Assembly (NCBI GenBank): GCA_030248215.1
Contig: JASANG010001013.1
Span: forward strand, 310,001 to 374,000
Source of the DNA: Enoplolaimus lenunculus
Lineage: Eukaryota
Reading direction: 5' to 3'
DNA: 64,000 bases
Under the pieces are notes generated by a model that worked only from the letters and a program-made list of their open reading frames with translations, searched no databases and was not told the DNA's origin. Both the position numbers and the translations under genes were made by a program. Positions 1 through 13,087 of this stretch are shown here, piece after piece. Position 1 is the stretch's first letter. The number at the start of each line of letters is the position of its first letter.

Positions 1-259
1 TGTTTAACATAAAAGTTGAAGATATATTAAACAAGACACTTGGGTAAAATTCAATGGGAGATAAAATTGAAATGTTAACACAATAAAAGGTGTATTTGAG
101 AAAATCATAATTATTCAGCATTGATACACTAAGTTTGTGCTTAAAATTTATTATATGTCTACAGCGGTCGACCAATAACTTGCGTATCCGAGGTAAATTT
201 TTTTACACGCGTGACACACTTTATATTTTTGTATCCATATTTCTCGAGTTCGTTGACTC

Positions 260-1135
260 GGCCAATGTAAAGAACAGGGACGGAACAGTATTATAAGCAT
301 ATTCCTAAGCCTAACGCGGGGTTCACGTTATAACTGGGGCAGCCTGGAACACGTTTTGTACCTGTGACTATAGCTGGTAACATTTCGTCTGACCGTTTAT
401 CCGCTATGAGATTCAAAAAATTTGAATTGTCTGCTATCCTGATGTGACATCTACTGTTTGTACTGCAATATCATATGATATTCCAAATATTGTCTGCGAG
501 TATCATATGATATGTTTGAAAATGTCTGCAAAGTTGTGGTACACTAGCTTGATTGTAGTGTAGAATGTCATATGATACTAAAATTTCAAATTTGAATTAT
601 TTGTACTTAGGAATATATTTTGGGAAAAACTTAGCGAGAAACAGAATCGTAGAAGCTAATTCGACTTGCGAAATCATTTAATGCTGCATTATCTGACTTT
701 TCACTGTTTTATTTAGCGTGCACAAATTCCATTGTCCTGTATAAATATCATATGATATTTAGTAGAATTTTGTAATATCATATGATATTCGCATAAATGT
801 CCCGCAGTATCATATGACAAATGGTTATTTGTAAACGATGATCGCTTGACATTAGTGATTTGTAAGCCAATGTCATATGGCATCCACATTTTGTCTACAT
901 ATCCGCTCTTCGGATCACAAAATTTTATGTTGACGTCGAATCAACTTGGACAAAACGTGTTCCAAGCTGCCCCAGTTATAACGTGAACGCCGCATAAGCC
1001 TAAGAAGCATCAGCCTAAGCGTACCAGTGAATTTATTCCTAAGCCTAAGCCAAGCAAAAAAATTAGTCTAATGCTTAAGCTTACTCGATTGTAGTCCCAC
1101 AGGAAAACGTTCCGCCCCTGATCTTTACATGGACC
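260..1135. mobile_element. TTAGGC-carrying GGCC-ended MITE (Merlin-like) interrupted by a nested element
   Basis: Imperfect TIRs GGCCAATGTAAAGAACAGGGACGGAAC / GTTCCGCCCCTGATCTTTACATGGACC; internal GCCTAA repeats; same family as about 20 other copies in the window. Confidence 0.8.
315..994. mobile_element. Non-autonomous PIF/Harbinger-like element nested in the MITE
   Basis: About 45-bp TIRs (GCGGGGTTCACGTTATAACTGGGGCAGC...) flanked by TAA on both sides; internal repeated palindromic TATCATATGATA-like motifs. Confidence 0.75.
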
Positions 1136-2514
1136 GTTTAGTGTAAAGCTTTATTATATATTCTCAAATATGTATAGCACATATCATCAATTAGTGATGG
1201 GTCTTGTGACTTTGAAACCAGTAAAGTGAACTGGTTCAAAATTAAGCACTTTTGTTGCACTCAATTTTATTTACTTCTGTGCAAATTTTTAAATTTCCAA
1301 CTGCAGTATTTTTTAATTTGAAAACTTATTATTAACTGATGATAGGTGCTACGCATAGTTGAGAATACGGCTCATATCTTCAATAATTCGTATAGTTTTA
1401 CGAGTAGCGTTTCATTACAAAATTTTTTTATAACTTTACTTATTTGTAGAACAAATCTGCGCAACCGGGCACATGCTGTGTTAAAAACAATATTCTCATT
1501 CTGAGTTGAATTAATTGCGGGTGAGTTATAGTTAATTTAAATTCAGAATGAGTTCAATCAAGAGTAGATGATGTATACTTCAACAAGAGTATGCAACTGA
1601 GTACATTCTGTGTACAAAAGAACGCTCCCTGTGCACCTTGCGTTTTTAGCCTATACCCCTCATATTTAGAGATGGTAAAACCTGTACAAACCGTGACAAT
1701 TTAATTATCTGGCGTCAAAAAATGCTAAGCTTATGGTATAGTTTCTGCTTATTACATGTGACAGCGATCTGTCCTCTAAATAAGGGGGGTCGACCAAAAA
1801 CACAACGCTTGATGGTACATTTTGCACCATGCAGAAACCAAAGAGTTGCATACTCTTGTATCATGCACTCGTGATAATTCGAAACATCAACTCGCTCCGA
1901 GCTCATATATATAATTCCGGGTTTACTTGATTAATTTACTCAGAATGCGTAGTCCTGATTCAGCGCTCATGCTTCTGAGTAAATTCAAGTCATACTGAGT
2001 TAAAATCAACTCACTGGAATTTACAGTGTAAAAGCCGTGGTCCCGTATCCACGCAAGAATACTAATATCACCGTTTGCAACCTAGCGATAGAGGATTTCA
2101 AGCAAACGAACTACAATACATACAAATCAAACCTTGACTCAAGTACAGCCCAGCTTTAAGCATTAGCCAATAAACGCGTCCGAAATTTCATGCATTCTGA
2201 TTTGTTCGTTCAAAAGTTACCAGACCAATTGGAACACGAACACATCCTATATCCAATAGCGCTGTTGCATTTATAGAACTCCAGCCAACCATACCAGTGG
2301 CCTTTTAAGCTTACCTTTATTCACTCGAGCGCAAGTTTTTAGCAATGAGAACTTGCAGCTGCAGCTTGCAAAGTCAAATTTTAATCGAAAACTGTATTAC
2401 AGAACTTACCGCTACAAATTGCAGCTGCAAGATCTCACTGTAAAAACTTGTACTTGAGAATATTTAAGCCAAGAAAACTCTAGATTTTCGTTTTGGTGTA
2501 GGCATCCAAATTTT

Positions 2515-2660
2515 GGCCCATGTATAGAACAGGGACGGAACAGTAGTATAAACGTATTCCTAAGCGTAAGCGTAAGTATGAGCCTATTCGTAAACCTAAG
2601 CCCACTGACTCTATAACAGCCCCTCCGGAAAACGATCCGGCCCTGTTCCATACATGGGCC
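2515..2660. mobile_element. TTAGGC-carrying MITE (Merlin-like)
   Basis: GGCCCATGTATAGAACAGGG...CCCTGTTCCATACATGGGCC TIRs. Confidence 0.8.
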
Positions 2661-2759
2661 CGAATTTATTAGACATCTGGTTTATTTGGCCACGGCTTCA
2701 TAGCTAATAAACACGATGCCTAAATTTCAAAAGTGCGCCTAATTTAAAAATGTTTTCTT

Positions 2760-3061
2760 TCAAACACCTTTGTCGTCCTGTTGAACGCGAACAGGTGTCG
2801 GCGGCAGAGACGTTGCGCCATACGCCAGTATGTCTGAACAGCGACTCGCATGGCGTGAGAATTTTTCGTCGCGTGATAATTTTTGATGAGAAATTCCCAC
2901 GCTTATTGGCGATACACGGCCATCGTTTGCGTCAATATCGTGTGATATAGTTGGCAACACTCTTAGGTTGGATTCGCTAATTTTCTCACGGTCACCTGCT
3001 GAACGACGGTGAAGCAATTCTCGAGGTCGGGAGCGTAAATGACCCGTCTCTCTGGTTTCAT
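2760..3061 (-). CDS. Candidate coding exon of an unidentified protein (ETRETGHLRSRPRELLHRRSAGDREK...SLPPTPVRVQQDDK)
   Basis: About 100 open codons in a GC-richer, non-repetitive block; preceded on the minus strand by a TTTTTAAG acceptor (phase 1); no recognisable domain. Confidence 0.35.
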
Positions 3062-3267
3062 CTTAAAAATAACCTTAAAGGGTCTAGGTTTACTTGATTG
3101 GGTCTAACACAGGATTCCTGAGAGGGAGAACCCTGAATATATGACACCAACATAGATAAAAACACGATATTTGCCAGGAAACAAAAGGTTTCCGGTCAAT
3201 CGGAAGCGGATGTAAAATTTTTCTGTGAGAAATGATTGTTTCAACTTGAATTTCAAAAACATATATA

Positions 3268-3472
3268 CCCTGCAAAAATGGTTAGCCAAATTGACTGTCT
3301 CCGAAACAGGCTGTATAGGACTACACAAATTAAGTCGACTTCAACTCCGTCAGAGTCAAATTCCAGTCACTACGCACGTTTGACTCTGGCGGAGTCGAAT
3401 TTGACTCAGTTTGTGTAGTGCCGTAGAGCCTATTTCGAAGAGGGTCAATTTGATTCACCATTTTTTGCAGTG
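3268..3472. mobile_element. Palindromic CACTG-type MITE
   Basis: Fold-back of about 200 bp: C(A/C)CTGCAAAAATGGT...ACCATTTTTTGCAGTG, internal GAGTCAAATTTGACTC palindromes. Confidence 0.75.
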
Positions 3473-3785
3473 TGAATGGTTTACTCGTAAACCTTTTATT
3501 TAATTTACTGAGAAGTATATAAACTGCAATTTGTAATTATTGCAAACTCGATGTAGGCAAATGGTGAAATCTGTTTTAGAAATATTTGCAAGTAAAAACC
3601 TACACTCATGCATTTTAAAATACAAATTGGCTTAAATCAGTTAGCTAATGTTACTTCTAGAACCGTAACAGTAGATTAAGCGTATTTCTAAGCCTAAGCA
3701 TAAGTCCAAGCGTTGCAAAAGCGTATTCTTAAGCCTAAACCTAAGTCTAAACCAGATTAAAAATGTAGTCCAGAACGTAAGCCTA

Positions 3786-3976
3786 CACCGCAAAAAATGG
3801 TGAGTCAAATTGACTCTCTCTGAAATAGGCTTTTCGGAACTACACAATTTGAGTCAAATTCGCCTCACTCTCAGTCGCGCTTTTGACTCTGACTGAGTCG
3901 AATTTTGACTCAATTTCTGAAGTTCCGAAAAGCCTATTTCAGAGAAAGTCAGTTTGACTCACCATTTTTTGCAGTG
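3786..3976. mobile_element. Palindromic CACTG-type MITE, TA flanks
   Basis: CACCGCAAAAAATGGTGAGTCAAA...GACTCACCATTTTTTGCAGTG flanked by TA; related copies at 5046-~5220, 15690-15888, 21199-21390, ~45144-45341, ~49540-49665. Confidence 0.8.
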
Positions 3977-6641
3977 TACACTTTTACACACCCGCCCGAT
4001 TCGTGGGACGGTCCTAAAGGTAACATCGGCCAATCAGGTTATGGAAAAAAATTTCAATTGATGTCTTTAAGCTTAATTTTAATATAATTTTGAAAAATAC
4101 TAGTCTGCAACATTTTTACCAATGCGATGCGTATAGTCAACAAAAACATCCCTTGGTGAATGTGTCTCACGTATCTGTGCCCGTTCGTCCAGAAGGATCG
4201 GACTTGCAGTTAAATCCGAGTGAACACCGTTAAACGCAAGTGTCATAATAATTTAAAATAAACTTTTGCTAAAATACGCTGTGCATATAATGTCGGGTGT
4301 AGGTATATTCGAAGTTGAAAATTCTACAAAACGTGACAGTGCACACGGGTTCGAGCGTCAAGTTCCTATCGCTGAGTGGTGATGATAAAACGCTGTCAAA
4401 CGGTAAAGTCCAGGGTATGAAATCTTGCTTGAAATGAGTTCTTCCGCAAAATTGAAAATATTCATGTGTGAAAGAGTTAGAAATGTTAACTAGAAATCAA
4501 ATGTCTCAAATTTAGAAAAATATTTGTTTTAAAACATTTCGCCTTGCAAGTTTATTACTACGATTTTGGCACAACAAACTTGTTTATATTAAATTCCGGT
4601 GGCGGAATGTCATCTTGCGGAGTCATGACTTTAGCTTTCAAACGGAAAAAATATTTTTGAAAATGCGAAAACACGAAAAAACCTTTTGAAAATTTATATT
4701 TTAAAACCAAAATATCAAAAAAAGGACAAAAACGAACAACTGCAAACTTAAAGAATTATTTTTACAATAGCGAAACGTTCATAAAAGCGAGTTTAGGTGG
4801 TAAAGTCTGAATGGGAACACCACCAGATTGAACGAATAACAGTCTAATACTGTTTGAGCTCTACACATCTCAGCAGGAGGTGTAAAGTTTGGTTTTGAAA
4901 CGAAAAAGTTAATACTTCAAAACAAAAGGTTGCCGGTAAATTTTACGAGGTTTAAGCTTATACTAAAAATTGCAATAAAAATAAATATGAAATTACAAAT
5001 AATATAACAAAATTATCCTCGAACGAAACGATTGTTTAAGACATACACTGCAAAAAAATGGTGAGTCAAATTGACTCTCTCCGAGATAAACTCTATGGGA
5101 CTACACAAACTGATTCAAATTCGACACCGCCAAGCGTCAAACGTGCAACTAAGTGTGTTGATTTTAACTCTGGCGGAGTCAAATTTGACTCAATTTGTGT
5201 AGTCCCGTGGACTATTTCGATTAGTGTAGTTTTATTAGTTTTGGCTGGAACTATATGTTCACATGTGTGAATTACCGTGTGCATACACTGACAGCTCTAA
5301 AGCCTAAATCTAAGCAAAAATTTACTCAGAAACACCACCGTAAACCAGGCCCGTAGCTAGCTCACCTTGTTAGAATTGGCTAAAAATTCTTTAAAAGGGG
5401 CATTCAAGGGTTTTCAATGACTTGCAAACATTGTTGAAAATTATGTAGGAGAGCCAAAATTTTTCCAGGGGGGCTGAGCGCTCCCCTGCCCCCCCCCCTT
5501 TGGCTACGATCCGGGCGTAAACACGGACTAGACATAGATTGCGCTGTGTTTTCAGAATACCTTTATGTCAAATAAACAATATTTTAATCTTTACAATTGT
5601 ATTTACGATCCGCTAAAAACGGAAAATATATTCTTGGCAGCAACTTTTACGCTCACTCGATAGAATATGTTCACTTGAAATTGTATATCCTACCGGAACG
5701 AAATTACTATCTACGCCCCGTACGCTGTGGAATGGTGTTCTTGAACACATCCACCGGTGGATCCCCAAATTTGTGACGGCGGATGGGCTGGCAAAAGTAT
5801 AAAATGCCAGTTTTTACTGTATGCTATATATGTGTGCCAAATTTGTGAGTGGAAAATTCTGGACTTTTACCATTTTATGATGAATAATTTTTTGACGGTG
5901 GGCATATCACCGCCCCAATTTGGATCCACTAGTGAACGCAAGGATAATTTATCGTTTATCTTAATTAAAATCACTATTTTTTCGTTGAATATTTCAAATT
6001 TAAAATCTGAAAAAAGAAACAAAATTCGACTCAAAGACACCGAAATGCGTTTCAAATCTTGCGTCACAATAACAACTATTTCTTCAAGTTTTAAAACAAT
6101 TCTGTCTTGGTGTTTTAAATCTACAAATCTACAGATTGAAACACATTTATCACTCGACACACCCTTGAGAGAATCAACCGTATCGGTGCTAAACGATATC
6201 ATGACCCCGAAAGTACGGTTTCGATTTAAAGACAGGGCGAATAATTTTTCAAAATATACAGCAAACAAAGGTTTTTTCTGTTTGAAAATTCACTTGTCAA
6301 CTTGACAGCTATTTTTGCAACCAAAAAGCCAACATCTTTCTTGCAAAAGTGTCACAACGCAACAAAAAATTTTGTTTATAGTACAATGCATAAACTAAAT
6401 CTACATAATCTCCCATTTAACGATTTAGTATATATTGATTCGAATACGTATATGAAATCAGTTGGAACAGTGCCAAAATACGTATGCGGGGCGTTCTAGC
6501 TTTAATTATAAAGATAACTGCTTTTATAATTCCGGTTTCTGTATAATGCAGAATCCACAATAAACATGTGTACATCAGCAAACTATTTTTTAAGTCGTTC
6601 AAGAAATCAATATAAGTAAAGCTCGATGCCCACTTACATAT

Positions 6642-6861
6642 GGCCCATGTTTATAACAGGGCCTGAACAGTAGTATGAGCATAATCCTAAGCCTAAACCT
6701 AAGCGTAAGCCTAATCCTAAGCGTATAGATGAGGCTATTCCTAAGCCTAAGCGTAAGCCTAAGCCTAAACCTAAGCCTAAGCAAAAAATTAGTCTAAAGC
6801 TTAAACTGACTCTATTATAGTCCGTACAGAAAGCGATCGGGCCCTGTTCTATACATGGGCC
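6642..6861. mobile_element. TTAGGC-carrying MITE (Merlin-like)
   Basis: GGCC-ended TIRs; 8-bp TSD TTACATAT/GTACATAT. Confidence 0.85.
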
Positions 6862-7370
6862 GTACATATTATGGACAATTTTCAGCAAATAGCATTTTGT
6901 TTACAATATTTTCTTAAAATACAAACATGATTGTTTTGTGAAACAAATTTGCATGCAGATTGATGTACATTCGCAAACATTTGCACATTGCGCAAAACCG
7001 GCTGACGAGTAAGGATTATTAGCCATTCGTTGGTTAAACGATAGACGCTAGGTAGTAGTATTTACTTACCGCTAATTAGCAATTATGTCCGAGTATAACG
7101 AAAAAGTACAGTACTGACCTCTTTTAAGTTATTAAATACAACACAGCAAATTATTTTAAATAATCGATTTCTTCGTGTGGAAACATTATCCTATGGCAGG
7201 TAAATGGAATTGGTTCATATATAATTCGTATTCTACAAAAAATTTATAAAAAATTACGAATATTAAAATAGAATTTAAATTAGGGCTGCTGACTCCTATC
7301 GATTGCGACCCAAAATAGGGACCCCCTCTTATTTGTGTCGATACAGTACGTTTGACAGAAAAAAACTTAC

Positions 7371-7443
7371 TTTCAACGAGCCACGGCGGACGCGTAACAT
7401 CTTTGCGTTTAGCAATCAGTTCTTCTTCAGCAGTTTCCTCCAT
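7371..7443 (-). CDS. Candidate first coding exon (MEETAEEELIAKRKDVTRPPWLVE)
   Basis: AAAAAATG start context, perfect GTAAGT donor, phase 1 compatible with the exon at 3061. Confidence 0.35.
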
Positions 7444-7617
7444 TTTTTAATAATATTTTTTTATTAAATGTTTCACTTAAAATTAATTTTAGTAGCAAAC
7501 ATTAAAGATTTACTGCCCGTGCGCATATAAACTCACTATAAAAGTGGTATTTGAAAAATACAACTGAGCATAATAGCCAGTTTAGCTAACAATTCAATGA
7601 ATTGCAATTCGTTTAAT

Positions 7618-7925
7618 CAGGGTGCAACCGGACGTGATAAATACCGGAACCGCAGCCGGATGTCAACCAAACTGACCGGAGGCGGAGGTGAAATGAAATT
7701 TGAGGGTGTTATACAATGAAGTTTAATTTGTTAATTTGAGCGAATATCTGTAATGTGGCGTTAAATCATTTGATTTTACACTTGTTTTTTTTCTGAAACC
7801 CCGGTTATTTTTTCCTCAAAATTGTGTAACAAGTAAAAAAATCGTATCAAATACCGAAATTGTCGTAACCTTTTTGACAAATTCTACCGGAGCCGGGGCC
7901 GAAGGTCGATTTTAGTTGCACCCTG
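7618..7925. mobile_element. hAT-like MITE
   Basis: CAGGGTGCAAC...GTTGCACCCTG TIRs; CCGG-rich subterminal motifs; TSD degenerate. Confidence 0.65.
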
Positions 7926-9377
7926 TTTTTATATATACACTTAACATTTAACAAAAAAATGATTTTTCATAATTTCATTTTAAGCAAAAATGAAAAATTG
8001 ACATTTTAGAAAGAAAATTCGGAAAAATGTCAGAGATTTTTGTCTGCTTGGTATAAAGCTTGCGCCATTCTGACCCTAAACCAAATCACTAACCTAAGTC
8101 TTTTCATCTAAGCCTAAAGCCTCAACCTTGCCTGAGCCTAAAAACCTTTTACAAAGTGCCGAAGCAGAAAACATTGAGGGTTTTCCTGGCAAATAAATGA
8201 CTTTTCTGAGGAAGGTTGGATGGTGGCCGGCACCTGATTCTGCGAGTTCATCCATGCGGACACACCACCAAAAATCGCATTACCCGCAAAAGTTGCAAAA
8301 TGTTCGGGTATAGAAAAGATAAATTGTCTAAAATAATTGGAAAAAGTTTATTTTGATACTTTATTCCTAAACTTTTTTAAAAACTTTTCTGTTGTAACAG
8401 AAATACTTTTCAACTGCACCTTGCTAATAGTATTTCTCTTTAGATTTACTTAATAAATCATGAAATGGCAGCAGTAGTCTTACTTATTTATTTGTTTAAG
8501 CAAAGATTTACTCAATATTTAGTACACTTATACTTATGAAAGTTAGTAAAATATAACTAAAGTATTTTAAGTATAGTATTTTTACAGAGTGTACGACTGC
8601 TCCGGTCGGCCAACCAACTGGGAAGCTATGGATGCGTCCGGTCAGCTTTATACTCCAGTTTTCACTTCGACTAAACCTATCAGGTGTGAACCTAAAAGCC
8701 ATGTGAACCTAAGGAAACGAACACAATAAAGACTAGAATTTGAAGCCAATTTACCTCTTTGTATTGTTTGAATATTTCAAAGCCTCGAATTTTAAACTTT
8801 ACACTTCCGGGTTCTCAAGGCATTTAGTCAATTTTACGTCAATCTCACCGACAAATACTATCGGTAGTTGGGCCAGTGTTACTTTCAGGGGTGTAACAGT
8901 AGATTAAGCGTATTCTTAAGCCTAAGCCTAAGCCTAAGCGTTGCAAAAATGGGTTCCTAAGCCTAAGCGTAAAAGTAATTAAGAATGTAAACCTACTCTT
9001 TTATGGACCCTCCACAACCCTGGATGCCCCTTAAAGTAATATTTGTATGCTGCGATAGCAATTTCAGTTAACCTTTCTTAGCTTTAAGTGTACTAGGAGC
9101 CCTTATTCAGTATGATTGTTTCAGCAACACGTTATGTCTTATATTTTTAAATATGTATAGCACTTATCATCAGCTAGCAATAGATTTTCAAGCACAAGTG
9201 ATAACAGATATACTTGTAAAAATGAAGCCTTTTCTTACAAATTTAAATTAAACCAGTGCCACAAGACCTATTATCAGTTATGAAAACAAGTACTACTGAA
9301 AACTCAGATCTCATTTATAGCGTTGTTAAAAATATTTGACAAAATAACTTGGCTCACGCGATTATCATTGCAAAGTT

Positions 9378-9739
9378 GGCCCATGTAAAGATCAGGAGCG
9401 GAACGTTTTTCTGTAGAGTAAGCTTAAGCTTTATACCAATTTTTTGTTTGGATTAGGCTTATACTTAGACGTAGGAATATATATGCTCATTTTTACGCTT
9501 AGGCTTAGGCTTAGGAATGTGCTCATTCTTACACTTAGGCTTAGGCTTAGGAATGTGCTCATTCTTACACTTAGGCTTAGGCTTAGGAATATGCTCATTT
9601 TTACGCTTAGGCTTAGGCTTAGGAATGTGCTCATTCTTACACTTAGGCTTAGACTTAGGAATATGCTCATTCTTACGCTTAGGCTTAGGCTTAGGAATGT
9701 GCTTACAATACTGTTCCGCCCCTGTTCTTTACATCGGCC
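9378..9739. mobile_element. TTAGGC-carrying MITE with an internally expanded 36-bp unit
   Basis: GGCC-ended TIRs; about 6 tandem copies of TTAGGCTTAGGCTTAGGAATRTGCTCATTYTTACRC. Confidence 0.85.
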
Positions 9740-10422
9740 ACAAAATTTATTAAAACTTACGTTGAACAAGCCATTGCGGTCTGCCAAGCGGATTTGAAAT
9801 TCGAAACGATTTGTCGCTAAGCATTCGATTTCTATTCCTTATATTTCGAAAAATACAATTGACTAAAAATATTTATACTATTTTTCATTTAATAATTGTA
9901 CCAACAGTTAATTACTTTAAATTAATTCCTGTAATAAAATATATATTTTTGCAATTATAATATTTTACCGTACAAATTCAAATTAGAAGCATCACACAAC
10001 AGGATAATCGCTTTTGATTTATTTTCTGCGGTAAAAAATCTCTGTTCGTTTCCGTTATAAAAACGTCAACAAGTTTGCTGCAATTCTTCCAATTATCAAA
10101 GGGACGGATAAAACTGTCTCTATTCTTAAATGTTTTGGCCCATGTAAAGATCAGGGGTGGAACGTATTTCTGTGGAACTACAATAGAGTAAGCTTAAACT
10201 TTAGGCCATTTTTTGCTTGGATTAGGCTTAGGCTTAGGCTTAGCTTAAGGCTTAGGAATAATCTTATACAACTGTTTTGCCCATGTTGTTTGCATTGACC
10301 GAAGTTTCGAATGCATCTGCAATCTGTTTCATAGAATTTTTGACGTTTGAGTGAACATTTGGCATACCTCGATTGTATTGGCAGAAAAACAAGTCATCTT
10401 TTAAACTTGTATATGTAAATAT

Positions 10423-10798
10423 CAGGGTGTAAACGGATAGTAAACATAACGGAAACGGAAAACAGATATTGAAGTGTAACAGTTTCAAATATGTTTTATT
10501 TTTCTGCCATGACAATTGTGGCGTGCAAATATGCACCGGTATTTCAAAACTTTGTAAACGAAAAATGGCGCATATACTGAACTTTTCTAAGATTTTAGAT
10601 AAATTACTTCATTCTTATTTCATTTCGAACAATTGCAGCATACCTGTAACCAAAAATTACGAGATATATACGTGGTTTATAGCTAATTTTGAACGTAAAA
10701 AATATTACAGAATTTCCGTTATTTCAATAACGGAAACAGAAACGGAAGTGGATACAGATTTTTACAGTAAACGGAAACTGATATCCATTTACACCCTG
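10423..10798. mobile_element. hAT-like MITE
   Basis: CAGGGTGTAAACGGATA...TATCCATTTACACCCTG TIRs; related copy in the opposite orientation at 57186-57637. Confidence 0.7.
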
Positions 10799-11026
10799 AT
10801 ATCTATTTTTCTATCTATCTATCTATCAATCTATTTATTTATATATAGATATATATTAGTGATGGGCATCGAATATTTTTTCATATCCGGATATCCGGTA
10901 TTCTTCATTTTCCGCGCATTCTTGCCGGATATTTATCGGGATATCGGCCTCCCATACATATCCGGATATTTTTTATATCCGGATACGCGGAGGGATCGCT
11001 CCTCTTGTTTTTCATATCCGGTGCCC

Positions 11027-11074
<48 letters not shown>

Positions 11075-11335
11075 AGCTTTCATAGGATTTTTTTTTTTTT
11101 GAGCATGTTCTCTAGGAGTTGACTTTTACTACCTTGCGACTGCAGGGATGCGTGTTCCGACAGTATTTATGCAAACTACAGCGCGCGCGATACTCCTGCG
11201 ATCCGGTGTGTTCGCCCAGTCGAAGCCCAGTTCGCCACCCGTCCATTACAACGCACAAACAAAATTTTCTACGTCGTCGTTCTCTGCGCCGAACACGCAA
11301 CGATTCGACTCTTCTTATATCAACCCGCCGCAGAC

Positions 11336-11820
11336 AACCCCCCACACACCCCCCCAACACACAACACCACCCACACACACCACCCAACCCCCACCACCCC
11401 CAACCCCCCCACCCCACCCACCCCCCCCACCAACCCCAACCACCCCACAAACCCCCAAACACCACACACACACAACCACCACCACAACCCACAAAAACCC
11501 CCCAAACAACAAAACACACCAAAAAAACAAAAAACCAAAAAAAAACACAAAACAAAAAAAACAAAAAAAAAAAAAAACAAAAAAAAACCCAAAAAAAAAA
11601 AAAAAAAAAAAAAAACAAAAAAACAAATCACAAAAAAAAAACAAAACAAAAAAAACACAAAACCACAACACAAACCCCACCACCACCAAAAAAACACCCA
11701 ACCCCCACCACCCCCAACCACAACACAAAAAAAAAAAAAAAAAAACCAAAAAAAAAACAAAAAAAAAAAAACCGCAAACACAAAACCAACCCCAACCACC
11801 ACCCCACCAAAAACCACACA
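11336..11820. repeat. Almost pure A/C low-complexity tract, possibly a sequencing or assembly artefact
   Basis: About 480 nt nearly devoid of G and T, aperiodic, flanked by (TA)n. Confidence 0.7.
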
Positions 11821-12873
11821 TATATATATACTTGTTTTTCGTTTTCTTTTCCGTTTCTATTATGTTTGCTTGAATGGCTGCAAGATTATAAGGAAAGTAT
11901 TCAAATTTTTGTAAGGCCACATTTCCTTTTGTTTTTTACCCTACAGGGATGTCCATCAACAATTGGACATAGGCAGACGTATTTTCCAGTTAAATTTAGT
12001 GTTTAGGCAACTGGTAAATCGCAAACTGTTTCCAAATCCGCTTTTGTTCAACTATTTTATGTTTAAATTTTATTCCCACAGTTGACCAATGGCTGTATAT
12101 TGTTTTCGAAAGGCCATTCTTTATAAAATATATTTGCCTAACAGATTTCAGGGGCGTATACGTCGGCGACAATATAGCGAACGCAATGAAATTGGTGCTA
12201 AAATAATACAGAATAGTTACTTTACAGTACTTTTGAATTAACGTACGACCTCTGTGGGTTCAAAAAAATTTTCTTAGTCGCCACGATCGCTCGCGAAAAT
12301 ATTTACTCGGAGTTAAAAGCTGACAATTTGGCAACGCCTTTAGATTTGAATTGACGGCAACTGGTTAAGTGTACAATACGAAAATCTATGGGTATGTTGA
12401 GTTTTTCCAGAAACGTTCAAAGTTTAACGGTCTTTCATAGTTCATTACAGGAGTACGTCGTATTCTGTAGTTGTTCTTGTCGCCGCTCCTGCTTATAAGA
12501 AATGTTCTTAAAGGAGTGAATTAGTTTTGTACTGTAGTGATCCGAGCTAAAACGGAGCAGTGGTATATTTAGCCTTTCAGAAGCGAACCTTTTCTGTTGT
12601 TCGGTTACGGACTGTTGTTTATTTTTTCACCTCTTGTAAGGCGGAACCAATACCCTTGTTTTATAAGCATATTCATTCTTCTGGGCTTGCTCCAGAAGAA
12701 TTACAGACTCCTATTGATTGGGACTCAAAATAGGGACCGCCTCGTATTCGAGTAACTACATGCGGTAGCTGTTACTTGTCAATCAGGAATTTCTCGGTAA
12801 AAAGGATCCTGAGAGTAAAAACTCTACGCTTCCTGGAAGTTGCGTTGAGTATCAATGCCCATATTCTCAAATA

Positions 12874-13087
12874 GGCCCATGTATAAAACATGGCCGGAAC
12901 GTTTTCCTGCCGGAATGTGATAGAGTACGCTTAGGCTTCAGACTAATTTTTTGCATAGACGTAGGCTAAGGATAAGGCTTAGGCTTAGGTATAGGCTAGT
13001 TCTTACGCTTAGGTTTACGCTTAGGCTTTGGCTTATGCTTAGGACTATGCTTATACTACTGTTCCGGCCCTGTTCTATACATCGGCC
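12874..13087. mobile_element. TTAGGC-carrying MITE (Merlin-like)
   Basis: GGCC TIRs; TSD CTCAAATA/CTCAAATG. Confidence 0.85.

Noticed and set aside
165..192. 28-nt plus-strand micro-exon (CTACAG|...|GTAAAT)
   Set aside because: Splice signals are plausible but no partner exons were found in the window, so it cannot be supported
5757..6305. 182-aa and 133-aa opposing ORFs as a transposase
   Set aside because: Non-ATG starts, low-complexity AT-rich composition, no catalytic motif recognised
9431..9797. LRLRLR / LGLGLG / SLSLSL ORFs here and at 6599, 12938, 14716, 20073, 61720
   Set aside because: Translations of TTAGGC repeats inside MITEs
11112..12006. Long Pro/His/Lys-rich and Phe/Gly/Val-rich ORFs
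   Set aside because: Produced by the A/C-only tract, which cannot contain stop codons
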